The notes beneath the pieces were generated by a model. The model did not search any database and was not told the origin of the DNA. It saw nothing but the letters and a program-made list of their open reading frames with translations. Shown here piece by piece: positions 1 to 10,500 of a stretch of 64,000 bases of DNA; position 1 is the stretch's first letter, and each line of letters begins with the position of its first letter. The stretch is from contig CAKVHY010000002.1 of assembly GCA_934754335.1 (NCBI GenBank), forward strand, positions 40,761 through 104,760, written 5' to 3'. A program made the translations under genes and the position numbers. The DNA comes from an uncultured Clostridia bacterium. GTDB lineage: Bacteria; Bacillota; Clostridia; Christensenellales; UBA1242.

Positions 1-1
1 A

Positions 2-1445
2 GGAACAGAACTTGTTTTAGATAATATTAAAGTTAATGTTGAATTTGCTGATAGAACAAGTAAAGTTGTAAACTATGAAGATTTAACTTTCGACCTTAAA
101 GGATTTGACAATACAAAATTAGGTGAACAAACAATTAAAATCACCTATAAAGACTATTCATTTGTACAAACTATCACAGTTGTTGCTCCAGAAGTTATTG
201 GTGCACACTTAAAAGAAGGTACAATTCCTTCAACAGTTGTACAAGGAATGGATATTAATGTGGCTGGTGCAAAACTTGTTTTGGAATTTAATAACGGAAC
301 TGAAAGAGAAATTTCTTATGAAGATTTAGAGTTTGATTTCACTGGTTATGATAAAAATGGGGAAGTGGGTAGTACTCAAAGATTTAGCGTAAAATGTGAT
401 GATTATGCCACTCCAGTTCTAGTAAGCGTGAAAATCGTAGCGCCTAGAATTACAGGTGTTTCTATTGTTAATGGAACTGTTGCCGATGAAATCACAGTTG
501 ACGAAACTTTAGACACATCAAACTTAAAAGTTAGAGTAACTTATGAAAATGGTACTGATAAATTAGTTCTAGCGTCAGACCCTGATTTAACTATTGATGC
601 TTCAGCAATTAATAATCAAGTTATTAATATCAATGGTTATGATTTGATTGTTACATATAAAGATCAAGCACCTTTAACTCATAAAGTTAAAGTTGTGGCA
701 AAACAAAATGCAGTTATCAAAACTGGCACAATGAAAACTAAAGTTTATGTTGGTCAAGATTTGAATTTTGATAACTTAGTATTGGTTGTAACTCAAGATG
801 ATGGTTCAACTATTGAAGTTCAAAAATCCGAACTTGAAGCAGATGCTATTAACCTAAACGATTTTAATAAAGCAATTGCTGGTACATATACAATTAAAAT
901 TACTTATGATGGTACAGTTTATGATTTCGTTATCACAGTTGAAAAAAAGCCAACAGTAACAATTAAGGCTGGTACTTTAAGTACAATTTTATTCAAAGGT
1001 AAAAATTTAGATTTGTCTAAATTAGTATTGAATGTTGTTTATGCAGGCGGTTCAAGAAGTGAAGAAGTTAATGCAGATGATTCAAGAGTAAGTATTGATG
1101 CAAGCAACATTAATAAAAATGAAGTTGGAATATATCAATTAAAAGTTACATTTGATGGACTTCTTTATACATTCGATATTCAAGTTAAAGAACCTGAGAT
1201 CGTATCTTCAAAACTAAAAGAAGGTATTTCATTTAATACAACTATTGAGCAAGGTAATGAAATTGATTTCACAAACTTTGCTGTAACTGTTACTTATGAT
1301 GATGGTCACACAGAAGATGTATTCTATGGTGATTCAAGATTGGTAATTGATTTGAGTAACTTTGATAAAAATAAAGCGGAAACTCAAACAATTAAATATA
1401 CTGTTGATGGTAAAGAAGGATCATTTAAAATCAAGGTAGAAGTTC
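2..1445 (+). repeat. Tandem ~250-nt (83-aa) Ig-like module array inside the first CDS (6 units, first partial)
   Basis: Unit boundaries at roughly 195, 450, 705, 950, 1200 and 1445. Each unit ends in a V.V(V/E)(A/K/E)P-type strand. Confidence 0.7.
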
Positions 1446-3598
1446 CTACATATTTAAATAATGTTAGTTCGTTTGAAAGTTCATTTGTAAAAGGTTATTT
1501 GAAAAATTCAGTTGAAAATGCATCAGCTAAAGAGTCTGAATTTGTACAATTAAATAAAGATGCAGTTGTTGGTTCAGTTAATGCTGTGGATTTTGGTTTG
1601 ATTGCAAAAGCAGATAAAGTTGCTTTAAATTATTCACAAATGAATATTGATTTTAAAATTGAAAGATTTGTTAATGACGCATATATTGAATTAACAGGTA
1701 ATAATTTGCTTCCTTATGCAACTGTTGATCCAAGAAAGCATACAATACAATTCACAAGCCTTGCGAACGGTGAGAAATTTAGAATTAAGTGTTCAATTTT
1801 AAATTATGATAATTCAGATGATTCCCAAATTGGTACTGATAATAATTATTTTGAAATAGTAGTAAAGGTAATAGATGCTTATAACGTTTATAATGCTCAT
1901 GATTTATCGGTTATAGATAATAAAAACGAAAATGGTTATTGGACATCATTAAAAGCAGAATGGGGATTATCAAATGTTAATGTTAATGCTGTTGTTTTAA
2001 TGGGCGATATTAATATTACAAGAGCAGACCTTCCAGATGGACATTTTTATACAAGAGAAGAATTGTATGAGGGTAATAATTTAAGAGCACAATATAGACA
2101 ACCCTATGGTTATAAAATAGACCAAGTAACTGGTGAAAAAACTAGAGAAGTTATTGCGTTAGATCCAGTTGGTTCAATTAAAGATAATCAAGAACATTTA
2201 TATGTAAGAACTTTAAAAGACAACGAAGAATTTAATATTTATGGAAATTACTTTAGCATTAATGCTCAAGGAGTGCCTAAAGCAGTTTATGGTAGAGATA
2301 CAAATGATAGTAACCAAAATTGGTATGTAAATGCTAAAGAGGGTGAAAAGAGTTATGTTTGTATGCATAAGGCATTAATGAGATTTGATGGTCTTAGAGA
2401 AGATGATAGTACTACAAGTATAAATGAAGGCTGGATTGAAAGATATGCATCTCAAGGTATCGCTAAGATTCAAGATGTTAATTTCCTAGGGAATGGTAAA
2501 AGAGATGATGATGCAGATGAATCAGGCGGAATTATTCTTTGCAAGATTAATTCTGTAAACGCAGAAGTTAATAACACAATCCACACAAATTTCCATATTG
2601 GTTGGTTTAGTGAATATGGTTACAATTTTGAAGGTTTTGATTTAGATACTGCAGAAGGCAGAAAGATAGCATTAGAAGGAAATCCTGATAAGAATGCTAG
2701 TATAATTATAAAAAATTCTAAAGGCTATGAATCATATAGTAGTTTGTTCTATGTTTGGGGAACTCCTAATTTTGTCATTGAAAATGGCGAATTTATTGGC
2801 GCTGGTGGTCCAGTTATGATTATGGATCATGTTGATGCGGCGGCTGCACCAATTAGACATCAAGCATCAGGAACTAACACAACATATTGGGTAGGCGGAT
2901 TGGCTTCATATGTTGATGCAATTAATTGTAAATTAGAATCTATGGTTGTTGGTTTAGAACCTTGGTTTTTAACATTTGGCGGGTCTGATACATCATCAAA
3001 TCCAATTACAACAGTTTTAAGTCAAATTTCTAGTACAGATGCAGGTTTTGGTGATAATGGAGCAACTAAGACTTTCTTAAAAGCAAATAGTGATAATGTT
3101 AAACAAATGAACATGATTTCAATTTTTAAGTTTGGTGCAAAAGAAATGCCTACAAGTGCTGGTTACTCTAGAAGCAGAATGAGATTATTCAATACAAGAG
3201 CAGATTATGAGGCATATCTAACAACAGGTAAACTTACTGATGGTTCATCATACTATGGTTATGATAGAAGCATTGATTGGACAAAGAAGGCTTCAGATTT
3301 CGGTGAAACAGAGCAAGAAAAACAAGTATTTGCAGGTTTCGGGGCAACATTGGGTAAATATAACGAAGGTTTCTATGCCGGACCGGGTGCTAGAGAAGTA
3401 ATATATAATATGACTTATGGTACAATGTCTGGAAATGAAGATTTGGCCAAATCATTTACATTTGAAAGTTCTTCAACAGGTGCTGCTGATTATGTAAGTT
3501 CTTCTAATTTTAATAAAGATGTATTAACAGGCGAATATGTAAATCTATATCTTCCAAATGGATTTGGTACAATTTTCCAAACTTGGGATAGAGCATAG
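2..3598 (+). CDS. Surface/secreted protein, 5'-truncated by window edge: tandem bacterial Ig-like (Big_3-type) modules followed by a ~700-aa uncharacterised C-terminal domain
   Basis: The frame of listed ORF 248..3598 stays open back to nt 2 (GTELVLDNIKVNVEFADRTSKVV...), so Met-248 is internal. Six ~83-aa modules repeat the pattern L.V.VTY.DGT...D.S....G.Y.I.VTY.G....F.I.V. TAG at 3596-3598 is followed by a hairpin terminator. Confidence 0.85.
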   Translation, partial: GTELVLDNIKVNVEFADRTSKVVNYEDLTFDLKGFDNTKLGEQTIKITYKDYSFVQTITVVAPEVIGAHLKEGTIPSTVVQGMDINVAGAKLVLEFNNGTEREISYEDLEFDFTGYDKNGEVGSTQRFSVKCDDYATPVLVSVKIVAPRITGVSIVNGTVADEITVDETLDTSNLKVRVTYENGTDKLVLASDPDLTIDASAINNQVININGYDLIVTYKDQAPLTHKVKVVAKQNAVIKTGTMKTKVYVGQDLNFDNLVLVVTQDDGSTIEVQKSELEADAINLNDFNKAIAGTYTIKITYDGTVYDFVITVEKKPTVTIKAGTLSTILFKGKNLDLSKLVLNVVYAGGSRSEEVNADDSRVSIDASNINKNEVGIYQLKVTFDGLLYTFDIQVKEPEIVSSKLKEGISFNTTIEQGNEIDFTNFAVTVTYDDGHTEDVFYGDSRLVIDLSNFDKNKAETQTIKYTVDGKEGSFKIKVEVPTYLNNVSSFESSFVKGYLKNSVENASAKESEFVQLNKDAVVGSVNAVDFGLIAKADKVALNYSQMNIDFKIERFVNDAYIELTGNNLLPYATVDPRKHTIQFTSLANGEKFRIKCSILNYDNSDDSQIGTDNNYFEIVVKVIDAYNVYNAHDLSVIDNKNENGYWTSLKAEWGLSNVNVNAVVLMGDINITRADLPDGHFYTREELYEGNNLRAQYRQPYGYKIDQVTGEKTREVIALDPVGSIKDNQEHLYVRTLKDNEEFNIYGNYFSINAQGVPKAVYGRDTNDSNQNWYVNAKEGEKSYVCMHKALMRFDGLREDDSTTSINEGWIERYASQGIAKIQDVNFLGNGKRDDDADESGGIILCKINSVNAEVNNTIHTNFHIGWFSEYGYNFEGFDLDTAEGRKIALEGNPDKNASIIIKNSKGYESYSSLFYVWGTPNFVIENGEFIGAGGPVMIMDHVDAAAAPIRHQASGTNTTYWVGGLASYVDAINCKLESMVVGLEPWFLTFGGSDTSSNPITTVLSQISSTDAGFGDNGATKTFLKANSDNVKQMNMISIFKFGAKEMPTSAGYSRSRMRLFNTRADYEAYLTTGKLTDGSSYYGYDRSIDWTKKASDFGETEQEKQVFAGFGATLGKYNEGFYAGPGAREVIYNMTYGTMSGNEDLAKSFTFESSSTGAADYVSSSNFNKDVLTGEYVNLYLPNGFGTIFQTWDRA

Positions 3599-3604
3599 TT
3601 TATA

Positions 3605-3636
3605 AAAAAGAAACTTCTAAATGAAGTTTCTTTTTT
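3605..3636 (+). terminator. Rho-independent terminator after the first CDS
   Basis: GAAACTTC-TAAAT-GAAGTTTC stem extended by A/T pairs, then T6. Confidence 0.8.
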
Positions 3637-3827
3637 GTGCCATAAATCTAAAGATGAAAATTCTATGTTAGGAAAGGTGTTAGATGAGAATCTTAGGAGA
3701 TAATTTATTCTTAAATAAAACAAATGCAAATGCTTTAGCATTAAATTTTAAATAAAATTAATCATTTAATTATTAAATCTTTACATTTTAATATATATTT
3801 GCTAACATAATTATATAGGAGAAGATT

Positions 3828-4595
3828 ATGCTAAAAGTTGGTGCTGATAACGAAAAAATTAAATATATCTTGAATGGAAAGTATGAAAAAGATGGTTATG
3901 TTTTAATAGACGATTTATCTATTTTGGAGTACGAGAATTGCAAAAAAAGTGATATACAATTTGTTGTGGTTTGCGAAGAACTTATTGAGAGTAATCAGGC
4001 AAAAGAACTGGTTAAGTTTTATTCAAGATTTAATACATTGTCTGTTTCTGAAAAAGTTTTTAACAGATTGGTTTCAAAAGAAAATTGTGCTGGAATTTTA
4101 ATTGTTACTAAACTAAAGGAAGATAGGTCATTTTTAGATAAGAAAAATGCTTTCATATTAGTTTGTGACGGACTAGAAATCTCAGGCAATATGGGAACGA
4201 TTATACGTACTTCTGAAGCAGTTTTGGTTGATGGCATAATATTTACTAACCTTAAAGCAAAGGTGGGAGATAAGGTTGTTAGAAGCAGTAGGGGAACAAT
4301 ATTCAATGTGCCATTTTGCATTATTGATGATTTAGAAGAACTTAAAAAAATTTTAAGAGATAAAAACTACAGAACGGTGGTTTGCGAACCTGAGCAGGGC
4401 GTAGATTTTAAAGACTTTAATTATAATGGGAACATTGCATTTATTGTGGGATCAGAACGATATGGCGTTAGTAAACTTTGGTTCGACGATAAAAGTGAGT
4501 ATTTAAAAATAAAAATGTTTGGTAAAATGGATTCTTTAAATGTTGGAGTTGCCACTTCAATAATCTTGTATGAAGCAAAATATAAAAGGAACTAG
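3828..4595 (+). CDS. SpoU/TrmH-family RNA 2'-O-methyltransferase
   Basis: C-terminal SpoU motifs NMGTIIRTSEA, IVGSERYGVS, SLNVGVATSIILYE. SD AGGAGA lies 5 nt before the ATG. Terminator overlaps the stop. Confidence 0.8.
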   Translation: MLKVGADNEKIKYILNGKYEKDGYVLIDDLSILEYENCKKSDIQFVVVCEELIESNQAKELVKFYSRFNTLSVSEKVFNRLVSKENCAGILIVTKLKEDRSFLDKKNAFILVCDGLEISGNMGTIIRTSEAVLVDGIIFTNLKAKVGDKVVRSSRGTIFNVPFCIIDDLEELKKILRDKNYRTVVCEPEQGVDFKDFNYNGNIAFIVGSERYGVSKLWFDDKSEYLKIKMFGKMDSLNVGVATSIILYEAKYKRN

Positions 4596-4614
4596 TATTA
4601 TCTAGTTCCTTTTT
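4588..4614 (+). terminator. Rho-independent terminator after the methyltransferase gene
   Basis: GGAACTAG / CTAGTTCC stem (overlaps the stop codon) followed by TTTTT. Confidence 0.7.
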
Positions 4615-4671
4615 ACTTTGAAATTATTGTAATTTGAAGCCAAATTAACAAATTTTGTTGTTAAATTTATA

Positions 4672-5343
4672 TTAATTTAGTGACCAATCAATAGGTGTTT
4701 TGCCTAGGCTTTTTAGTATTTCATTTGTTTTGCTAAAGTGTTTGCAACCAAACCAACCGCCTTGATTTGCACTCATTGGGCTAGGGTGGACAGCAGTTAA
4801 AACATAATGTTTAGATCTATCTATATTTGCACCAATCTTCTTTGCACAGTTTCCCCATAAAAGGAAAATAACGGGATCTTCTCTTTTGTTTAAAAGGTCA
4901 ATGATTTTAGATGTGATTTGCTCCCAGCCTTTTCCTTGATGGCTATTTGGCTGATTCTTTCTAACTGTTAAAACTGAGTTTAGAAGTAAAACACCTTGCT
5001 TTGCCCATTTAGTTAGATTTCCGCTTTTAGGGATATCGCAACCAATATCGTCGTGAAGTTCTTTAAAAATATTTTGCAAACTTGGTGGCAATGCCACGTC
5101 TTCTTCCACTGAAAAACTAAGACCATGTGCTTGCTTTTCGTTATGATATGGGTCTTGTCCGATTATAACCACTTTAACATCTTCAAACTTAACTAAATTT
5201 AAAGCATTGAAAACATTTTCGGGTTTAGGAAAAATAGTTTTAGTGTTATATTCATCGGCCAAAAACTGTTCTAGATTTTTATAACTATCTGTATTAAATT
5301 CGTCTTTTAATAAATCGTACCAACTTTGTCTGATTAAAAACAT
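4672..5343 (-). CDS. ung: Uracil-DNA glycosylase (family 1)
   Basis: Motifs GQDPYH, GVLLLNSVLTV, HPSPMSA. Length 223 aa is typical. Confidence 0.93.
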   Translation of the reverse strand: MFLIRQSWYDLLKDEFNTDSYKNLEQFLADEYNTKTIFPKPENVFNALNLVKFEDVKVVIIGQDPYHNEKQAHGLSFSVEEDVALPPSLQNIFKELHDDIGCDIPKSGNLTKWAKQGVLLLNSVLTVRKNQPNSHQGKGWEQITSKIIDLLNKREDPVIFLLWGNCAKKIGANIDRSKHYVLTAVHPSPMSANQGGWFGCKHFSKTNEILKSLGKTPIDWSLN

Positions 5344-5457
5344 TTTTTCTTCCTTTGTTATTTTTAAAGTTTAGCATAAATTTCTAAAATAAACAAACAA
5401 CTATTTGGTTGTTTTAATTATTTTGTGATAAAATAACAATAGAAGGTGAGATTTAAG

Positions 5458-6360
5458 ATGGACTTAATTATTAAAACAAATAAAAAGAAAGTTAAGAAAT
5501 TTGGATTAGCGCTTGGTGGGGGTGGAACTAAGGGCTTTGCTTTGATTGGTGCATTGAAGGCTTTTGAAGAAGAAGGTTTAAAATTTGATTACGTGGCAGG
5601 AACAAGCGTTGGCTCAATGGTTGGTGCTTTTTATTGTGCTGGTAAAACTGCAGATGAGATGCTTCAATATGCCTTAACCTTAAAAGAGAAAGATATAAAA
5701 ACTTCTAAGATTCCATTCACTCCTTCTAAGACTGAAGGGCTAGAACGAGTGGTGATGAATGCTCTTGGAAATATAGATATTAAGGATTTGAAGATTCCTT
5801 TTTGTGCAGTGGCTGTGGATATAAAAACAGGTAAAGAAGTTCATATAGAAGAAGGGAGCGTTGTTAAAGCAGTGGCTGGAAGTTGTGCTGTCCCTGGTGT
5901 TTTCTATCCAGTTCAATTTGGAAACTACTTGCTATTTGATGGTGGTTTACAAAATACAATTCCAGCGAACGTACCCAAATTAAATAGTTGCGAAATCACA
6001 ATTGGAATTGATATAAATAGTAGTAGGGGAAGCGGAACTGATAGCACAAGTTATATTCAATTATTATCTCAAAGTATATCTGTTATGATGAAGAGTAATA
6101 CAATTAAAGGTTATCTAAATGCAGATATTATGATTCAGCCAGATTTGAAAAAATATAAGAGCAGTAAGTTGGCTGGTGCTATGGAAATGTATGAAGAAGG
6201 ATATAGAGCCACCAAGGAAAGAATCCCTGAGATAAAAGAATTATTTTCTAGAAGAAAAGAGAAAAAGAGAAACTTCTTTAAGTTCTTAAAATTCTGGAAA
6301 AGAACTAAAAAACCAATTGATAATGTTAGTGTTGTTGAAGAAGAGAGAACGAATAAATAA
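5458..6360 (+). CDS. Patatin-like phospholipase (YlbK-like) with lysine-rich C-terminal tail
   Basis: GGGGTKGFALIG glycine-rich loop, GTSVGS (GxSxG nucleophile), FDGG (Asp of the dyad). The track starts at GTG 5446, but ATG 5458 sits 8-9 nt after GAAGGTGA, so I prefer it. Confidence 0.85.
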   Translation: MDLIIKTNKKKVKKFGLALGGGGTKGFALIGALKAFEEEGLKFDYVAGTSVGSMVGAFYCAGKTADEMLQYALTLKEKDIKTSKIPFTPSKTEGLERVVMNALGNIDIKDLKIPFCAVAVDIKTGKEVHIEEGSVVKAVAGSCAVPGVFYPVQFGNYLLFDGGLQNTIPANVPKLNSCEITIGIDINSSRGSGTDSTSYIQLLSQSISVMMKSNTIKGYLNADIMIQPDLKKYKSSKLAGAMEMYEEGYRATKERIPEIKELFSRRKEKKRNFFKFLKFWKRTKKPIDNVSVVEEERTNK

Positions 6361-6362
6361 CT

Positions 6363-7487
6363 ATGGAATTTACAACAAAAGAAGAGAAAGAATCAAGAAG
6401 AAAATTTAGGCGAGGTATTAAGATTAACCGAGCAATTATATGCTTGGCTATTAATTTTATCTTGCTTTTTTCTTTGATCTTTATGAATAGTATTGAAATT
6501 TTGTTGAAATTAAAACCTGATTTAAGTTATTTAGAAAATATCACATATGAAATACATTTTGTCAATGTTGGACATGGTGATGCCATATTATTAAGACTTC
6601 CTGACAATAAGTGTATGATGGTAGACTCTGGAAAATCTGATGCGTTTAACACATTAAATCGTTATATTGATAAGGTTTTCTTCAAGGATGATAAAGATAA
6701 AACGTTTGATTATTTCGTTTTATCTCATAGCGATAGTGATCATATAGGTGGTATGCGAAGTGTGATAAACTCTTATAATATTGGGAAAATTTATCACTCA
6801 AACGATTTGAAAAATGTTTATAATTATAACGATATTGAGCGTGTGATTAATGAACATAATATTGAAACATGCATTAATGAAAGTGGGCTTGAAATTGTGG
6901 GTGAAAACTATAAGATAACTTGGCTCACTCCAATGAATGATTACTATGAAGAGAAAAATGATTATAGCGCTATTCTTTATTTTGAGTTTCCAAATTATAA
7001 ATTTATTTTAACTGGCGATGCCACTAGTGAGGTTGGAGAAATTGAGGCCTTAAATTATTTCGTTGATGATATAGATGTTGATATGATAAAGTTAGGGCAT
7101 CATGGTTCGTCCACAAGCACTAGCCTAGAATTTTTGGAAGGAGTTAAACCAGAAGTTGTAATTATTTCTAATAGCGATGTTTATAATCATCCGGCAAGTT
7201 CCACGATTGAAACATTGGCAAAGTACGATTCTATGTATGGCACAAATCTAAGCAACTATTATGACACTTTGCATAAGGGAAATATAATTGTAACTAATGA
7301 TGGGATAAACACAATTAAGAATATAAACGATTATATTTTTGTGGATTATTATCTGATAGTTATTGTTATCGTTGCCACCACAAGCGTTATATCTCTTATC
7401 CCTGTGCACCTTTCTAGAAAGGATTGGTATATTTATTTAAAATTCAAAAGAAAATTCTTTAGAGATTTAAAAACTAAAAAGAAATAA
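6363..7487 (+). CDS. Membrane-anchored ComEC/Rec2-type metallo-beta-lactamase-fold protein (MBL domain only)
   Basis: FVNVGHGDAILL, LSHSDSDHIGG, LTGDATSEVGE, KLGHHGSSTS match the ComEC C-terminal MBL domain. TM segments at both ends. Start lies 2 nt after the patatin stop. Confidence 0.75.
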   Translation: MEFTTKEEKESRRKFRRGIKINRAIICLAINFILLFSLIFMNSIEILLKLKPDLSYLENITYEIHFVNVGHGDAILLRLPDNKCMMVDSGKSDAFNTLNRYIDKVFFKDDKDKTFDYFVLSHSDSDHIGGMRSVINSYNIGKIYHSNDLKNVYNYNDIERVINEHNIETCINESGLEIVGENYKITWLTPMNDYYEEKNDYSAILYFEFPNYKFILTGDATSEVGEIEALNYFVDDIDVDMIKLGHHGSSTSTSLEFLEGVKPEVVIISNSDVYNHPASSTIETLAKYDSMYGTNLSNYYDTLHKGNIIVTNDGINTIKNINDYIFVDYYLIVIVIVATTSVISLIPVHLSRKDWYIYLKFKRKFFRDLKTKKK

Positions 7488-7527
7488 AAAAACATATTAA
7501 GCATTTGCCTAATATGTTTTCTTTTTA
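7486..7527. terminator. Bidirectional terminator between the convergent ComEC-like gene and nifJ
   Basis: AACATATTA / TAATATGTT stem flanked by an A-run and a T-run. Confidence 0.7.
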
Positions 7528-10500
7528 TTCGTCTTTAGATAATTTTAGATAACCTTCATATCTTTCTTTTGCTAGAATTTTTGCTTCTTCAAATAATTTC
7601 TCTGCAAGTTCTGGATTCTTTGCTTTTAACGATTTATATCTGCTTTCATTTAATAAAAATTCTTCATAATCTAAAGTTGGTTCTTTGCTATCTAGAATAA
7701 ATGGATTTTTGCCCATTTCTTTTAATGTTGGATTATATCTCCATAAATGCCAATAACCACTATCAACTGCTTTTTTCATTTCGCTTTGAGAGTTTGTCAT
7801 ATTAATGCCATGATTAATGCATGGGGCATAAGCAATAATTAATGAAACTCCGTTGTATGCTTCTGCTTCTGTGATTGCAGTTAGAAATTGGTTCATGTTT
7901 GCACCCATACTAACTTGTGCAACATAAACGTCTTTATATGTTGTTGCCATTAAGCCTAAATCTTTTTTATTAGTTCTTTTTCCATTTGATGCAAACTTTG
8001 CAACTGCTCCTAATGGAGTGGCTTTGCTTGCTTGTCCACCAGTGTTGGAATAAACTTCTGTATTTAAAACTAAGATATTCACATTTTCTCCACTTGCAAG
8101 CACATGGTCTAGTCCGCCATAGCCAATATCATAAGCCCAACCATCTCCGCCAACAATCCAAACAGAGTTTGAAGCAAAATGGTCTTTTAGAATTTCAATA
8201 TTTTTTCGAACATTTTCATCAATTGAATTATCGTGTTCGATTTCGTCTAAGATTTCTTTTCCAAGAGTTCTTTGATTATCTACGTTGTTTGTATTCAAAT
8301 ATTCGTCAATTTTTGAATTAAGTTTTGAATTTTTAGAATTTGCTTTTAAAGTTTCTAATCTTTCAATCAATTGTTCGTGATTTATATTTAATCCAAGTTT
8401 GATTCCTAGTCCAAATTCTGCATTATCTTCAAATAACGAATTTGCCCAAGCAATTCCGTTTCCGTTTTCATCTTTTGAATAAGGGCAGGTTGGTGCACTT
8501 CCACCATAAATGCTTGAACATCCAGTTGCGTTTGCTATCACCATTCTGTTTCCAAACAATTGAGATAGAACTTTAATATATGGTGTTTCGCCACATCCGG
8601 CACATGCTCCGCTAAACTCAAAGTAAGGTGTGTTAAATTGGCTACCTTTAACTGAATTTGGTTTAAACACATTGCTCTTATATGATTTTAGGGAAGAAAT
8701 GTAGTTGTATTTTTCTTCTTCAGTTTCCATCATATCACTTGCAGGTTTCATTTCTAATGCCTTATTTTTGCTAGGGCAAACGCTTGCACAAACTCCGCAA
8801 CCAGTACAATCCTTAGGACTAACTTGCATTACGAATTTGTACATAGGTTCTGCAGTGGCGTCTAGAGTTTGCAATGAAGAAGGTGGATTATTTATATCTT
8901 CTTTTTTCACTAAGTGCGGTCTAATGCAAGCATGTGGGCAAACAAATGCACACATATTACATTGAATGCAATTTTTGCTTTCCCAGCAAGGTAGTTCTCC
9001 TGCCACGCCACGTTTTTCAAACTTAGTTGTGCCAGTTGGAACAATTCCTCTTGGATCAAATGCACTCACAGGCAATGTATCACCATCAAGGCTTTCAATT
9101 GGTTTTATGAATTCGTTATAATATTTATTTAACTCTTTTGAATCAGTTTTTATTGTATCTTCTTTTAAATCTTTCCAAGATTCAGGGATTTCAATTTGTT
9201 CTAAACCGCTTGAAGCACTATCAATTGCTTTATAGTTTTGCTCTAAAACTTTTTCTCCAAATTTTCCATAACTCTTCTTTGCAAACGCTTTCATTTCGCT
9301 TACAGCCAAATCGTAAGGAAGAATATTTATAAGTTTGAAGAATGCCGACTGCATAACTAGATTAATTTTGTTTCCAAGTCCTAGTTCTTTGGCAATCTTA
9401 TATGCATCAATTGTGTATAACTTAATATTTTTCAAAGCCAATTCTCTTTTAAAATTGTTAGGGAAGATATTTTCCATTTCCTTTATTGTCCAGCCAGTGT
9501 TTAGAAGTAGGGTGGCATTATCTTTAACATTTTTTAGAATGTTATATTTTTTAACATAAGTTTGATTGTGAACAGAAACAAAGTCGATGTTATCAAGTAA
9601 ATAACTTTCTTTTATTATGCTTTTTCCAAATCTTAAATGACAAATTGTGGCGTTTCCGCTCTTTTTGCTATCGTATTCAAAATATGCTTGTCCGTTTAAA
9701 TCTGTGTTGTTGCCAATGATTTTAATACTGCTTTTATTTGCACTAACAGTTCCGTCTCCGCCATAGCCATAGAACTTACATTCATAAACATTTTCGCTAG
9801 GGTGAATTTGCCTTGAAACTTTTAAAGAAGTGTTTGTAACATCATCGTTAATGCCAATTGTGAAATGGTTCTTTGGCTCTTTCTCTAAAAGGTTTTCAAA
9901 CACTGTATTGCAATATGAAGGTGTAAATTCTTTGCTTCCAAGTCCAAATCTTCCACCAACAACTGTAATATTTTTAAACTTGCTATCAAATAGGGAACAT
10001 CTAACGTCTTTATATAAAGGTTCTCCGTCGCTTCCGCTTTCTTTAGTTCGGTCTAAAACTGCAATAGATTTGCAGGTGGAAGGGATTGCTTCAATAAATG
10101 CTTTTGTATCGAAAGGACGATAAAGTCTAACTTTTATCACGCCCAATTTTGCATTCTCTGTTTTATTTAAATGATTAACAGTTAGTTCTGCAATTTCTGC
10201 TCCGCTTCCCATCAAAACGATAACTCTTTCTGCGTTAGGGTCGCCAACATAATCAAATAAGTGATAATTTCTGCCAGTAATTTTTCCAACTTCGTTCATT
10301 GTTTCTTGAACTATTGTAGGCGTGGCTTCGTAGAACTTATTGCAAGCCTCTCTATTTTGGAAATAAATATCTGGGTTTTGAGCAGTGCCTTGTTGGTGTG
10401 GATTAGAAGAATTTAAGCATCTGTTTTTAAACTCTGCGATTTTATCATAAGGAACAATACTTTTAACCTGTTCCATATCTATATCTTCAATTGTGTTAAT

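Noticed and set aside
5446-5457. The longer N-terminal extensions proposed by the ORF track here, and at 11032-11064, 11968-12000, 17985-17993, 32574-32621 and 58314-58340.
   Set aside because: In each case a downstream in-frame start has a proper SD at 5-9 nt and restores the canonical family N-terminus. The upstream start has no SD or lies inside the SD.
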